Program-made: the position numbers and the translations under genes | Shown: piece after piece, positions 7,451 to 16,055 of the stretch | Layout: the number at the start of each line of letters is the position of its first letter | How positions within the stretch are numbered: position 1 is the stretch's first letter | The notes under the pieces: model-generated | The model's database searches: none | What the model saw: only the letters and a program-made list of their open reading frames with translations | What the model was told of the DNA's origin: nothing | Source: an uncultured Thermoproteaceae archaeon | GTDB taxonomy: Archaea > Thermoproteota > Thermoprotei > Thermoproteales > Thermocladiaceae | Assembly (NCBI GenBank): GCA_964390355.1 | Contig: CAYMHS010000001.1 | Coordinates: forward strand, 412,163-436,162 | Direction: 5' to 3' | DNA length: 24,000 nt

Positions 7451-7786
7451 TTAGCTTTCCAAAACTTCGTCAATCCATTCAAGATAATTCCTTAAACCGT
7501 AAATGATAGGTATGGCTACGATTTCAGGTACTTCGTAGGGATGTACTTTCTTAACTTCATCTATAACCCTGTCGAGCATGTCAAGTCTTGATTTAATGAT
7601 GAGAAGATTTTCTTTAGCTTCCTCTATATCACCTTTCCACAGGAAAATACTTGAGACACTATTAATAATATTAACACATGCTGCAAGTCTTTCACTTACT
7701 AATGTTTTTGCAATTTTCTCTGCACTTTCTCTATCAGGTGTTGTTATTAGGATTATAATGTAAGTTCCTAAAGATGATGTTGTCAT
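7451..7786 (-). CDS. cutA: Divalent-cation tolerance protein CutA
   Basis: It is 111 aa with 'ITTPDRESAEKIAKTLVSERLAACVNI', 'FLWKGDIEEAKENLLIIKS' and 'HPYEVPEIVAIPI', the canonical CutA1 pattern. Confidence 0.85.
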   Translation of the reverse strand: MTTSSLGTYIIILITTPDRESAEKIAKTLVSERLAACVNIINSVSSIFLWKGDIEEAKENLLIIKSRLDMLDRVIDEVKKVHPYEVPEIVAIPIIYGLRNYLEWIDEVLES

Positions 7787-7818
7787 AGCTATTAGAGTAA
7801 TTTTAAAGTTTTTAGTAA

Positions 7819-8931
7819 TTACGGTAAATCAATAATTTTAGAGTTAAACTTTCCACTACATATATACTCCATGTAGAGCTTTAACTTACACAAATTTTCT
7901 CTCTTGATGATTATTAAGACCATGTTTAGGCATGTCTTAAACTTACATAGATTTCTCAGCTTTTCTATCAATACTCTAACGCTTGGTGCATAGTAATCGT
8001 TATCTACAATTAACAATTCGTAATTAATAAATGCAAAAATTTTATCAAAACCTCTATACTTTAGCATCAACCTCTCATCATCCGATTTAAGTTCAAGATT
8101 ATCTATAGGTATCTCAAGAATGTTTTGTATCTGATGCTTTTTATCACTACTACTTAATAAATAGTTCATTATCAGCTTCATAATAGATGGTTTACACTTC
8201 TCATGAATGGTATCAATCTTAAGATGGCTCTTAAAGTTTCCCAAATATTTCTCAACATCTTTACACATCTTCATACATATGAAGTTTCTTGAAGATAATA
8301 TCATGTTTATAAGTCTACACGTGTAATTGATTTCATCTCTTCTAGTCATTCCATAACTCTCCATGACAGATTTTACTGTATTCTCAATGTTAAAGTGATC
8401 GTTAATTACTATCGTATCTACTATTTGTCTTAACACTTTATTTTTCATGATTAAGGTGAAGAGTAGATCAAGCACTTCCTCTATCCTATTCTCTTTTAGT
8501 AACTTGCCGATCTCTTTAGCCTCAGCACTTAAATGTCCATTTTGAGTGAGACCTAATGCCTTTAAGGTTGGTAGAATCACTCTAATGTTGGATTTATTCA
8601 ATCCCTTATCGTTAAGGTATTTAACGAGCAATTCATTAACGTCATCTACTCCTAAATCAACGGCATATTTCAAAATCTCAAGTAATCTATCTGGAGGTAT
8701 TCTTATATACCATGAGTGTCTTTCCAGCATAGATGAGTCGATAGCATGGTTATTTCTATAGGTATTAATGAGATGCTGAGTTACGTATCTTATCAATAGA
8801 TCGAGGTCTCGAAATTTGCCAACTACACCGTCAGGTGTTTCTACTATGTATTCATTATCACTCTGATAGATATTTAGAATTAACTTCATTGTCAACACTA
8901 CATTAACTTTAAAGGAATATAAATCAAACAT
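7819..8931 (-). CDS. Hypothetical protein with no recognisable family
   Basis: It is a long uninterrupted ORF with a codon style like its neighbours. The probable true start is ATG 8889 (MKLILNIYQ..., 356 aa), because TATA-like TTTATATT (8923-8916, minus) is centred about 26-30 nt upstream of it. The segment 'ILPTLKALGLTQNGHLSAEAKEIGKLL' looks like a wHTH-type helix pair. Confidence 0.55.
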   Translation of the reverse strand: MFDLYSFKVNVVLTMKLILNIYQSDNEYIVETPDGVVGKFRDLDLLIRYVTQHLINTYRNNHAIDSSMLERHSWYIRIPPDRLLEILKYAVDLGVDDVNELLVKYLNDKGLNKSNIRVILPTLKALGLTQNGHLSAEAKEIGKLLKENRIEEVLDLLFTLIMKNKVLRQIVDTIVINDHFNIENTVKSVMESYGMTRRDEINYTCRLINMILSSRNFICMKMCKDVEKYLGNFKSHLKIDTIHEKCKPSIMKLIMNYLLSSSDKKHQIQNILEIPIDNLELKSDDERLMLKYRGFDKIFAFINYELLIVDNDYYAPSVRVLIEKLRNLCKFKTCLNMVLIIIKRENLCKLKLYMEYICSGKFNSKIIDLP

Positions 8932-9006
8932 GTAAAAATCTAAACATAATAGGTATAGAATGTGAGTGAAGTAGTACTTATATACGTCTAAATCTTCCTG
9001 AAAGTA

Positions 9007-11037
9007 GTGAAGAAACGCTTAACGACGCTTGACATAGCAGCTATTACTGGAGAGTTGAAAGAATGTATAGTAGGTGCTATCATCGATAAAGTTTATAGAA
9101 TTGACAATAATATTTATCTAAGACTTAGAGGCGGTAGTGAGAAGTACTTCATAGTGGCATCAACTCATAGATTAAGCACGACTAACTACATTCCTGAAAA
9201 TCTACAATCAATAACCTCATTAAAGTCATTAATCGAGAGACATAAGGTTGAGGATGTATATAATCCTGGATTTGAAAGAATAATCATGATAGAGTTTCAC
9301 GATAATTCGAAGCTTATAATCGAGCTTTTAGAACCCTTTAATCTCATTTACATCAATTCTAAAGACCTTATTGAATGGATTTTAAAAGTATATGAAAGTA
9401 AGGATAGAACTTTAAAGATAGGATTGAAGTATAAATTCCCTCCTAAAACCTTCATAGATCCAGAGCTCTGTACTTATGAAGATTTTGAGAAAACTATACT
9501 AAGTGGAGATGAAAGTATTGGCAGAGCATTGGCTAGAAATTTTGGTCTTGGTACGGAAGTAGCATTAGAATTGTGTTGCAGAGCTGGTCTTGACTTTAAA
9601 ATGAAGGCAAATGAGTTATCGAGTAGACAGATAGATATACTGTTTAAGGAGCTGAAAGATATTATAGCTAAAGTTAGAAATTTACATCTAGAACCAACCA
9701 TTTATTTGAGTAATGGAAGGCCAATCACTGTGACCCCTATACACTTCTACTCAATAATCTCTAACGAGAGGAGAATTTTTGAAAAATTTAATCAAGCTGT
9801 TGATGAATATTTTCATGAATTAGAAGTTGAAGAGTATACCAAAAGTATAGTTGAAACTAAGCTTCAAGAGATTCATAAGTTAAGAAGAAGTATTGAAGAT
9901 GTTGAAAACAAGATTAAGGATTTTGAAGAAAAAATTAGTAATTTAAAAAGAAAGGCGGAGTTTCTCTTAATGAATAAGTATCATGTTGAGGAAATTCTTG
10001 AAGAAGCTAAAAAGTATTGGACCATGTATAGATCAGGCAGTGTAAATTTAATTAAAGATCTACATAGTGGTGAAGTTTTCGTTGAAGATTTTGATCCATC
10101 AAGTAAGACACTAATTATAAACATTCATAGTGTCAAGATACCTATCAAACTTGATGTCAAACTTGGTCAAGTTATCAATGAAGTTTATAGTAAAGTTAAG
10201 GATTTAGAAAGAAAAAGAGAGAAGGCCCTTAAAAGTCTTGAAGAGTTGAGAAATAGAGTTACAAATCTTGAGAAGTTGGTAAGTGATGAGAGATTGAGAA
10301 GCATTGAACAGATTAGGAAGATAGTGTATGGTATTCATGAGTGGTTTGAAAGGTTTAAATGGTTTATAACAAGTAATAACTTTCCCATTATTGCAGGTAA
10401 GGATGCTTCACAAAACGAACTAATCGTTAAAAAGTATTTGAGATCTTGGGATTACTTCTTCCATGCAGACATTCCAGGAGGTGCTGTCGTCATTATGAGG
10501 TTAAACAAGGATAAGAAGCCAGATATTATAGACGTTAAAGAAGCTGCACAATATGCAGCTTCAAATTCAAAAGCATGGATGTTAGGATTGACAAGCATCG
10601 ATGTGTATTATGTTAATGGTGAGCAAGTAAGTAAAGAAGCACCTGCAGGTGAATATTTAGGTAAGGGTAGTTTCATGATTTACGGTAGAAAGAACTGGGT
10701 AAGAGGAGTTATGTTAGAATTAGGTATTGGTTTGAGAATTGATGAAGTGAAGAAAGACCATGAAGTTTATCAAATATACCGCTTAATCTCAGCTCCACCT
10801 AACATTATCTCTAAACTCTCAAATGCCTATGTAATACTTATACCAGGAAATCTTAATAAAAGTGAAATCGCGAAAGAGATTAGAAGATTTTTTGAAGAAA
10901 CTTTGGATAAAAAGATATTAAAATATGTACCCATTGATGAAATCATAAATATACTTCCTGGTCCATCAAAGATAAAATCCACAGGTATGGGTAATCCTGT
11001 TGATTGGGAAGTGATTAGAAGTGCATTTTCAATTTGA
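9007..11037 (+). CDS. NFACT family protein (RqcH/Rqc2/FbpA-like, ribosome quality control-related)
   Basis: It is 676 aa with an N-terminal NFACT-N-like region and a central coiled coil. The NFACT-R/DUF814 motif is 'IIAGKDASQNELIVKKYLRSWDYFFHADIPGGAVVIM'. The start is GTG 9007, with TATA TTATATA about 25 nt upstream. Confidence 0.8.
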   Translation: MKKRLTTLDIAAITGELKECIVGAIIDKVYRIDNNIYLRLRGGSEKYFIVASTHRLSTTNYIPENLQSITSLKSLIERHKVEDVYNPGFERIIMIEFHDNSKLIIELLEPFNLIYINSKDLIEWILKVYESKDRTLKIGLKYKFPPKTFIDPELCTYEDFEKTILSGDESIGRALARNFGLGTEVALELCCRAGLDFKMKANELSSRQIDILFKELKDIIAKVRNLHLEPTIYLSNGRPITVTPIHFYSIISNERRIFEKFNQAVDEYFHELEVEEYTKSIVETKLQEIHKLRRSIEDVENKIKDFEEKISNLKRKAEFLLMNKYHVEEILEEAKKYWTMYRSGSVNLIKDLHSGEVFVEDFDPSSKTLIINIHSVKIPIKLDVKLGQVINEVYSKVKDLERKREKALKSLEELRNRVTNLEKLVSDERLRSIEQIRKIVYGIHEWFERFKWFITSNNFPIIAGKDASQNELIVKKYLRSWDYFFHADIPGGAVVIMRLNKDKKPDIIDVKEAAQYAASNSKAWMLGLTSIDVYYVNGEQVSKEAPAGEYLGKGSFMIYGRKNWVRGVMLELGIGLRIDEVKKDHEVYQIYRLISAPPNIISKLSNAYVILIPGNLNKSEIAKEIRRFFEETLDKKILKYVPIDEIINILPGPSKIKSTGMGNPVDWEVIRSAFSI

Positions 11038-11581
11038 ACTACTAGCAAAAGTAAACACATACACTTTTAATAAAGAACTCTTAATACTCGATTCCATGCT
11101 TGGATGGTTAGCAAGATGGTGTAGACTTCTAGGTCTAGATGTAAGTTATAGTAGTAATGCTGATGATTATGAACTCATAACCAGAGATGGATTGTTAATA
11201 ACGAGAGATCAGGAGCTATATAGAAGCAGAAGAAAAGAAACAATACTACTTTTAACAGACAACCATGATCACTGGCTACTCGTACTTGCCAAACTCTTAA
11301 AAATTGAATTAAGTATAGACTTCTCAAAGACTAAATGTACATTATGTGGTGGCCCTCTCAGAGAGGTTGAACCAAAGTTATTGACAGGTAAAGTTCCTAG
11401 AAAAGTTCTTGAAAAAGTTGACAAGTTATGGATTTGTGAGTCTTGTGGTAAGATTTATTGGATTGGTAAGCATCATGTAAGTATTAATAGAAAGTTAAGT
11501 AAGTGTAGAGAAATGCTTAGAAGTGTAATAACTATAAATGCTGATAATCAACTTTACGTAATCTACACAAGTATTATCTAG
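11021..11581 (+). CDS. Mut7-C RNase domain (DUF82, PIN-like) protein with a C-terminal zinc ribbon
   Basis: It has 'LILDSMLGWLARWCRLLGLDV' (family N-terminal Asp motif) and 'CTLCGGPL...WICESCGKIYWIGKHH'. ATG 11021 is the only start upstream of the conserved Asp, so the gene overlaps the NFACT 3' end by 17 nt. Confidence 0.75.
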   Translation: MHFQFELLAKVNTYTFNKELLILDSMLGWLARWCRLLGLDVSYSSNADDYELITRDGLLITRDQELYRSRRKETILLLTDNHDHWLLVLAKLLKIELSIDFSKTKCTLCGGPLREVEPKLLTGKVPRKVLEKVDKLWICESCGKIYWIGKHHVSINRKLSKCREMLRSVITINADNQLYVIYTSII

Positions 11582-11630
11582 ATTTAACGCTATGTAATGC
11601 TTAATAAGGTTACTTTAAAGAGTTAGCTTT

Positions 11631-12302
11631 GTGTTTATGAGACTCTTTAAACCATTATCCATTAATGATGCTAAAGTACTTATAAGATATGCTAGATACG
11701 CCATAATGAATAATCTTGGTCTTGAGTATGATTTTTCAAGTAAAGAATCTGAAAAACTTAATAGATTAAGAAATCTAAGATATGGAATCTTTGTATCTAT
11801 TGAGAAGATAGTCTTTTCTGATGGTATGTTTAAGAGAATTTTAAGAGGTAGTGTTGGTACTTTAAATCCCATAAACAATCTCGTTGATGATGTGTTCGTA
11901 ATAGCTTTACATTCAGCATTTAATGATCCTAGATTTTCACCTATAACACCTGCAGAATTTAGGCACTGCATCATTGAGCTAACAGTAATCTCAGAACCTA
12001 TAGAGGTTAATCTTGAATGGTTATTAGATAACCTAGTACTCGGCTATCATGGAATACTGATACATAGTGATAACGAGAGCAAAGTCATACTTCCACAAAA
12101 AATGATTGAATATGCAGAAAATTACTATAAAGAGTATGGAGAAAAGCTAGGTAGAAAGGAATTGATCAAGATACTTGAGAGTGAGTATAGAATTAGTGAG
12201 AATAAATTTCAAGTCTTTCAGACACAAATCTTCTATGAAGTAGAACCTGATAAAGACATTATCGAGAGAAAACTGTACTTGAATAGATACTTCATCAAGT
12301 AG
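11631..12302 (+). CDS. AMMECR1 domain protein
   Basis: 'GIFVSIEK...LRGSVGTLNP...VIALHSAFNDPRFSPI' matches the AMMECR1 core (LRGCIG...DPRFxP). The start is GTG 11631 or ATG 11637. Confidence 0.8.
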   Translation: MFMRLFKPLSINDAKVLIRYARYAIMNNLGLEYDFSSKESEKLNRLRNLRYGIFVSIEKIVFSDGMFKRILRGSVGTLNPINNLVDDVFVIALHSAFNDPRFSPITPAEFRHCIIELTVISEPIEVNLEWLLDNLVLGYHGILIHSDNESKVILPQKMIEYAENYYKEYGEKLGRKELIKILESEYRISENKFQVFQTQIFYEVEPDKDIIERKLYLNRYFIK

Positions 12303-12392
12303 TAGTGTATCTATATGGTTATCAAATGCAGAAAATACACACTGATATCCACGTTAAGGTTTTTAAACTTACAATTACACTCAAATTGAGGT

Positions 12393-12977
12393 ATGCAAAT
12401 TAGATTATATACAGTTTTAGGAAAATATGATGATTATGAGAACTTTATTAAAGACCTAGTAAACACTCTAAGATCTGAACTTAGTAAGAGAGGTATTGAT
12501 CCTGATAAGATAAGCTTAACATTAATAAAGATAAAACCTGAAGTTATTGATGATGTATTGAAGATGGCTAGTAATCCTGAAATCAAACCACCTTCACATC
12601 TTAAATACTTAATTCAAGTTCTACGTCAAGATAGTGTAACCATGATTCCGACAATTATCATTAATGGTAAAAAGGTATTTGAAGGTTCTCTACCAAGTCA
12701 TGACGAACTTAAAAAGTTACTTTACGATGAAGTTTCTAAAGAATTTAACATCACATTTGAAATTACTAAACCTAAAGAAGAGGAGTTAACCATTCCTAAA
12801 CCAGTAAGTATTGAGGAAAAACCATTCTCTGTTGAGGCACCTCTCTCACATAAATTCATTCTTGGAAAACCTAAGACCTGTAGGGAATGTATATACTTTG
12901 GTTCTGAAACATCTTACTGTTTTCTACTTGGCTGTAAAGTTGAAAATCCTGAAAAACCGATCTGTAAGCTAGAGTAG
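12393..12977 (+). CDS. Hypothetical protein: thioredoxin-fold-like N-domain without CxxC, a Pro/Glu-rich linker, and a Cys-rich C-terminal tail
   Basis: 'MIPTIIINGKKVFEGSLPSHDELKKLL' resembles the Thioredoxin_3/glutaredoxin-like C-terminal beta-alpha unit. The position where CxxC is expected reads 'GKYDDYEN'. The tail is 'CRECIYFGSETSYCFLLGCKVENPEKPIC'. Confidence 0.45.
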   Translation: MQIRLYTVLGKYDDYENFIKDLVNTLRSELSKRGIDPDKISLTLIKIKPEVIDDVLKMASNPEIKPPSHLKYLIQVLRQDSVTMIPTIIINGKKVFEGSLPSHDELKKLLYDEVSKEFNITFEITKPKEEELTIPKPVSIEEKPFSVEAPLSHKFILGKPKTCRECIYFGSETSYCFLLGCKVENPEKPICKLE

Positions 12978-13013
12978 CTTTAAAAAGGGAGTTGTGATAA
13001 ATCTTCATTAACT

Positions 13014-13292
13014 ATGAGTGATGTTAAAGTTCTAAAGGGACTCATTTACTCAATTAGACGAGGAAGTAACGCACGTCCAAATCACGCCTTGATAGTTATT
13101 CCAGGGATTGAATCCATTAAAGAACTTCAAAAGTTTGTTGGTAAGAAAGTTGTATGGAAATCACGTACAGGTAAGTTATTTATTGGAAAAGTTAGAAGAA
13201 TATGGAATAGAAATGGTAACTTACTCGTCATTTTTAGAAAAGGTTTGCCAGGACAAGCACTTGGTACTGAAGTAGAAATTATTATGGAGTAG
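13014..13292 (+). CDS. rpl35ae: 50S ribosomal protein L35Ae (eL33)
   Basis: It is 92 aa with 'RPNHALIVIPGIES', 'FVGKKVVWKSRTGKLFIGKVRRIWNRNGNLLVIFRKGLPGQALGTEVEI', the typical L35Ae pattern. Confidence 0.85.
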   Translation: MSDVKVLKGLIYSIRRGSNARPNHALIVIPGIESIKELQKFVGKKVVWKSRTGKLFIGKVRRIWNRNGNLLVIFRKGLPGQALGTEVEIIME

Positions 13293-13293
13293 A

Positions 13294-14886
13294 ATGTTTA
13301 GTAGAAGAAAAGGATTTACAGACCCACCAATACTTATAGGAACCTTATTTTACTTAAACGATCCATTAGTTCTTAATGCAGAATCTGGTGAAGTTAAGAG
13401 AGAAGAAGTGGAAGAACTTGTAAATCTATATGTAGATCTATGTCGAGAATATAATCTTAAATGTACATTGGATATACATGCCGTTAACATTAGCGCATTT
13501 CAGAGGTATATAGAGTATATACTCAACCTCATACCTAAAGATTGGATTATCCTACTTGACAATACTGATAAGTACTTAAAGATGAGTATTGCTAAGTGGT
13601 GTTTTGAGATAGGTGTTAACGAGAGAGTCATAATAAATTCTATCAACAGCAGGATCGATGATGATGAACTTGAAACCTATGTAGATAGTAAAGTTGCAGG
13701 TTTCGTGATTTCTGAATATCATCCAAGTATTGAAACTAGATTTCAATTAATTAATGAGGTATTAAGTAAATTATCAAAATATGGTCTCAATAATAAGATA
13801 GTACTTGTAGATATTGCAACCATGGACATTAAGGATTTGAGCATGGTTATGAGAAGTATCAAATACCTTAAAGAGAAGATTTCAAAACATTACTTAATCG
13901 GTTGTGCTCCAATAAATGCAGTCTACACTTGGAGAAGAATCGAACATGTGAAGACAGGTAGAGAAAAGTATTTCAAAAGTATTAAACAATATCTTAGATG
14001 CTTTATAACAGCATTTTGTGCCACAAATCCTGATATAGACTTTATCTTTTTTGGACCTTTAAAAGACGCACCATATGTGTTGACATTAATTACGTACATT
14101 CTAAGTAGTGATTTTGGCCTTGGAAGGATCAAGCTCTCTAATAATGACCTGGTAAGTATTGATCTTGAAGATTATGGTGAGCTAGTGATAAGACTTAGAC
14201 GTTATGAGAAGAATAAGATGGTTAAAACTTTAAAGAGTGATGAAGGTGTTGAAAAGAACTTGCTAGACGTATTTGTAAATTCTCTGGTCAATCTTGACGA
14301 AAATGTCATCAATATTGTTCAAGGCATGTTAAATAAAGGTCTCGAACCATCAGTAATAATTGAGTATTTAAAGAAAAGTATGGATATCATTGGTGAGAAA
14401 TATGAGAGCGGTGAATACTTCTTATCAGAATTAATACAAGCCGGTGAATTATGTGAGAAAATTCTCCAAATAATAGAACCTTTCTTTAAATCTAAAGTTG
14501 AAAATAGTGTTAAAGTAGTTCTAGGCACTATTGAGGGAGATATTCACAGTATTGGTAAAAATCTTGTGAAGATGGTATTTACATCTCATGGATTTGAAGT
14601 AATTGATTTAGGTGTCGATGTTCCTCCTGAAAAATTTGTAAAAACTGTGAAGGAGACTAATGCTGAAGTACTAGCTATAAGTGCTTTACTCACAACTTCA
14701 GCTTTAAGAATTAGAGATGTTATTAAACTACTAGAAAAGGAAGGGTTAAGAAATAGAGTGAAAGTAATTATTGGTGGTGCGGGTGTTAATGAGAATTTTG
14801 CCAAAGACGTAGGTGTCGATGCGTATGCTAAGGACCCCTTCGAGGCTATAGATAAAGTTAAGAAATTACTTAAAGATTTAAGATAG
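13294..14886 (+). CDS. MtrH-like methyltransferase domain fused to a corrinoid (B12)-binding domain
   Basis: The N-terminal ~300 aa parallels MtrH: 'PPILIGTLFY' vs PTVLAGTIFY, 'ILLDNTD' vs FFIDSTS, 'ERVIINSIN...DDDELE' vs DRAIYNSVN...DEAELE, 'GCAPINAVYTW' vs GSGIHNVPSAW. The C-terminus has a B12-binding_2 cap helix bundle followed by 'GTIEGDIHSIGKN' (DxHxxG), 'AISALLTTS' and 'VIIGGAG'. Confidence 0.8.
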   Translation: MFSRRKGFTDPPILIGTLFYLNDPLVLNAESGEVKREEVEELVNLYVDLCREYNLKCTLDIHAVNISAFQRYIEYILNLIPKDWIILLDNTDKYLKMSIAKWCFEIGVNERVIINSINSRIDDDELETYVDSKVAGFVISEYHPSIETRFQLINEVLSKLSKYGLNNKIVLVDIATMDIKDLSMVMRSIKYLKEKISKHYLIGCAPINAVYTWRRIEHVKTGREKYFKSIKQYLRCFITAFCATNPDIDFIFFGPLKDAPYVLTLITYILSSDFGLGRIKLSNNDLVSIDLEDYGELVIRLRRYEKNKMVKTLKSDEGVEKNLLDVFVNSLVNLDENVINIVQGMLNKGLEPSVIIEYLKKSMDIIGEKYESGEYFLSELIQAGELCEKILQIIEPFFKSKVENSVKVVLGTIEGDIHSIGKNLVKMVFTSHGFEVIDLGVDVPPEKFVKTVKETNAEVLAISALLTTSALRIRDVIKLLEKEGLRNRVKVIIGGAGVNENFAKDVGVDAYAKDPFEAIDKVKKLLKDLR

Positions 14887-14895
14887 AAATACTCA

Positions 14896-15504
14896 CTATC
14901 TGAGAATTATCATTCCAAAAAACATTATCAAAGCTATCAGGAATAGAAATATCCACACGATAAGATTTCCCTTAGCTACTTTAAAACCATCAAGCATGGG
15001 GAGTGGTAGCAAGTTGAAGAATGCTAATGATGCATTTATAGTAAACACTATTCCAAAAGTGATGGCTAACGGCTTAACCATTAGTAGTATCATCGATATT
15101 ATGGCGAAAATTATATTAGTTAAAGGTCCTGCAAGAGCTATGTAGAATTCATCTTTTCTTAATCTCTCTTTATCAATTATGAATCTCCAACCTATCTTAG
15201 GTCCTACATATACGGCACCAGGAGCTGCAATTACTATACCTGTTATTGATAACATTATAGCTATTAGTAAACCTAAAGTCCATGCCTTGAAACATGCAAT
15301 ATATCCTAGTCTTCTAGCAATTTCTCTATGTGCAAGTTCATGAAGCAAAAAACCTGTACTTACACCTAAAGCTATTCCTAAGAGTACTCTTAAATCCTTA
15401 ACATTGTAGCCCCATCTATATAGTACTATAGTGAATATAGCTATTAACGCTATAGTAGCTAGTATGAAGTCTCTCTTCTCAAATCTACAATATATACTGA
15501 ACAT
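14896..15504 (-). CDS. Site-2 protease family (M50) membrane metalloprotease
   Basis: It is a polytopic membrane protein with 'HELAHREIARRLG' (HExxH) and 'FNLLPLPMLDG' (NxxPxxxLDG). Confidence 0.8.
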   Translation of the reverse strand: MFSIYCRFEKRDFILATIALIAIFTIVLYRWGYNVKDLRVLLGIALGVSTGFLLHELAHREIARRLGYIACFKAWTLGLLIAIMLSITGIVIAAPGAVYVGPKIGWRFIIDKERLRKDEFYIALAGPLTNIIFAIISMILLMVKPLAITFGIVFTINASLAFFNLLPLPMLDGFKVAKGNLIVWIFLFLIALIMFFGMIILR

Positions 15505-15505
15505 T

Positions 15506-16024
15506 TTATCTAAGTACCTTGAGTAGTGGTAGCTCTCTATCTCTTAAGTCAGTAATTTTCTCAAGTACAAGCATAGTTTCAGTTTTCTGTATCTCAGGAT
15601 GGGATGGTAGGTAGTTTATTAAGAAGTGACTCAACTGCTGAATATCTCTAGCCCATACCTTAAGTACAATATCGTAAGGCCCTGTAATGATTTCTGCTTC
15701 CTCAACCCAAGGTAATGACGAATCCTCATCAGTATCTTTAATTATCTTTTCAGCAAGAATTACTTGTGAAGATTTTCCCTGACTTGGAGCAATACGTTTA
15801 ACGCTAATTAGAACATATGCAAGTACTGTAAATCCAAGTTTTGCAGGATTAATCATAGCTTTATAACTGCAAATTAATCCTTCATCTTCAAGTCTTTTAA
15901 TTCTCATAGCTACTGTAGTTCTAGGTTTATCAATCATCTCAGAGAGTTTACTAAGTTTGATTCTGCAGTTTCTTTGAAGTATTTTTAGGATCTCCTTATC
16001 TACATCATCAACAATTACGGTCAT
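15506..16024 (-). CDS. Lrp/AsnC family transcriptional regulator
   Basis: It has an N-terminal HTH 'ILKILQRNCRIKLSKLSEMIDKPRTTVAMRIKRLEDEGLI' and a C-terminal RAM-like domain. Its stop lies 1 nt from the start of the M50 gene. Confidence 0.8.
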   Translation of the reverse strand: MTVIVDDVDKEILKILQRNCRIKLSKLSEMIDKPRTTVAMRIKRLEDEGLICSYKAMINPAKLGFTVLAYVLISVKRIAPSQGKSSQVILAEKIIKDTDEDSSLPWVEEAEIITGPYDIVLKVWARDIQQLSHFLINYLPSHPEIQKTETMLVLEKITDLRDRELPLLKVLR

Positions 16025-16055
16025 CGAACTCTCTACTTGAGAATTATGTCTCTGA

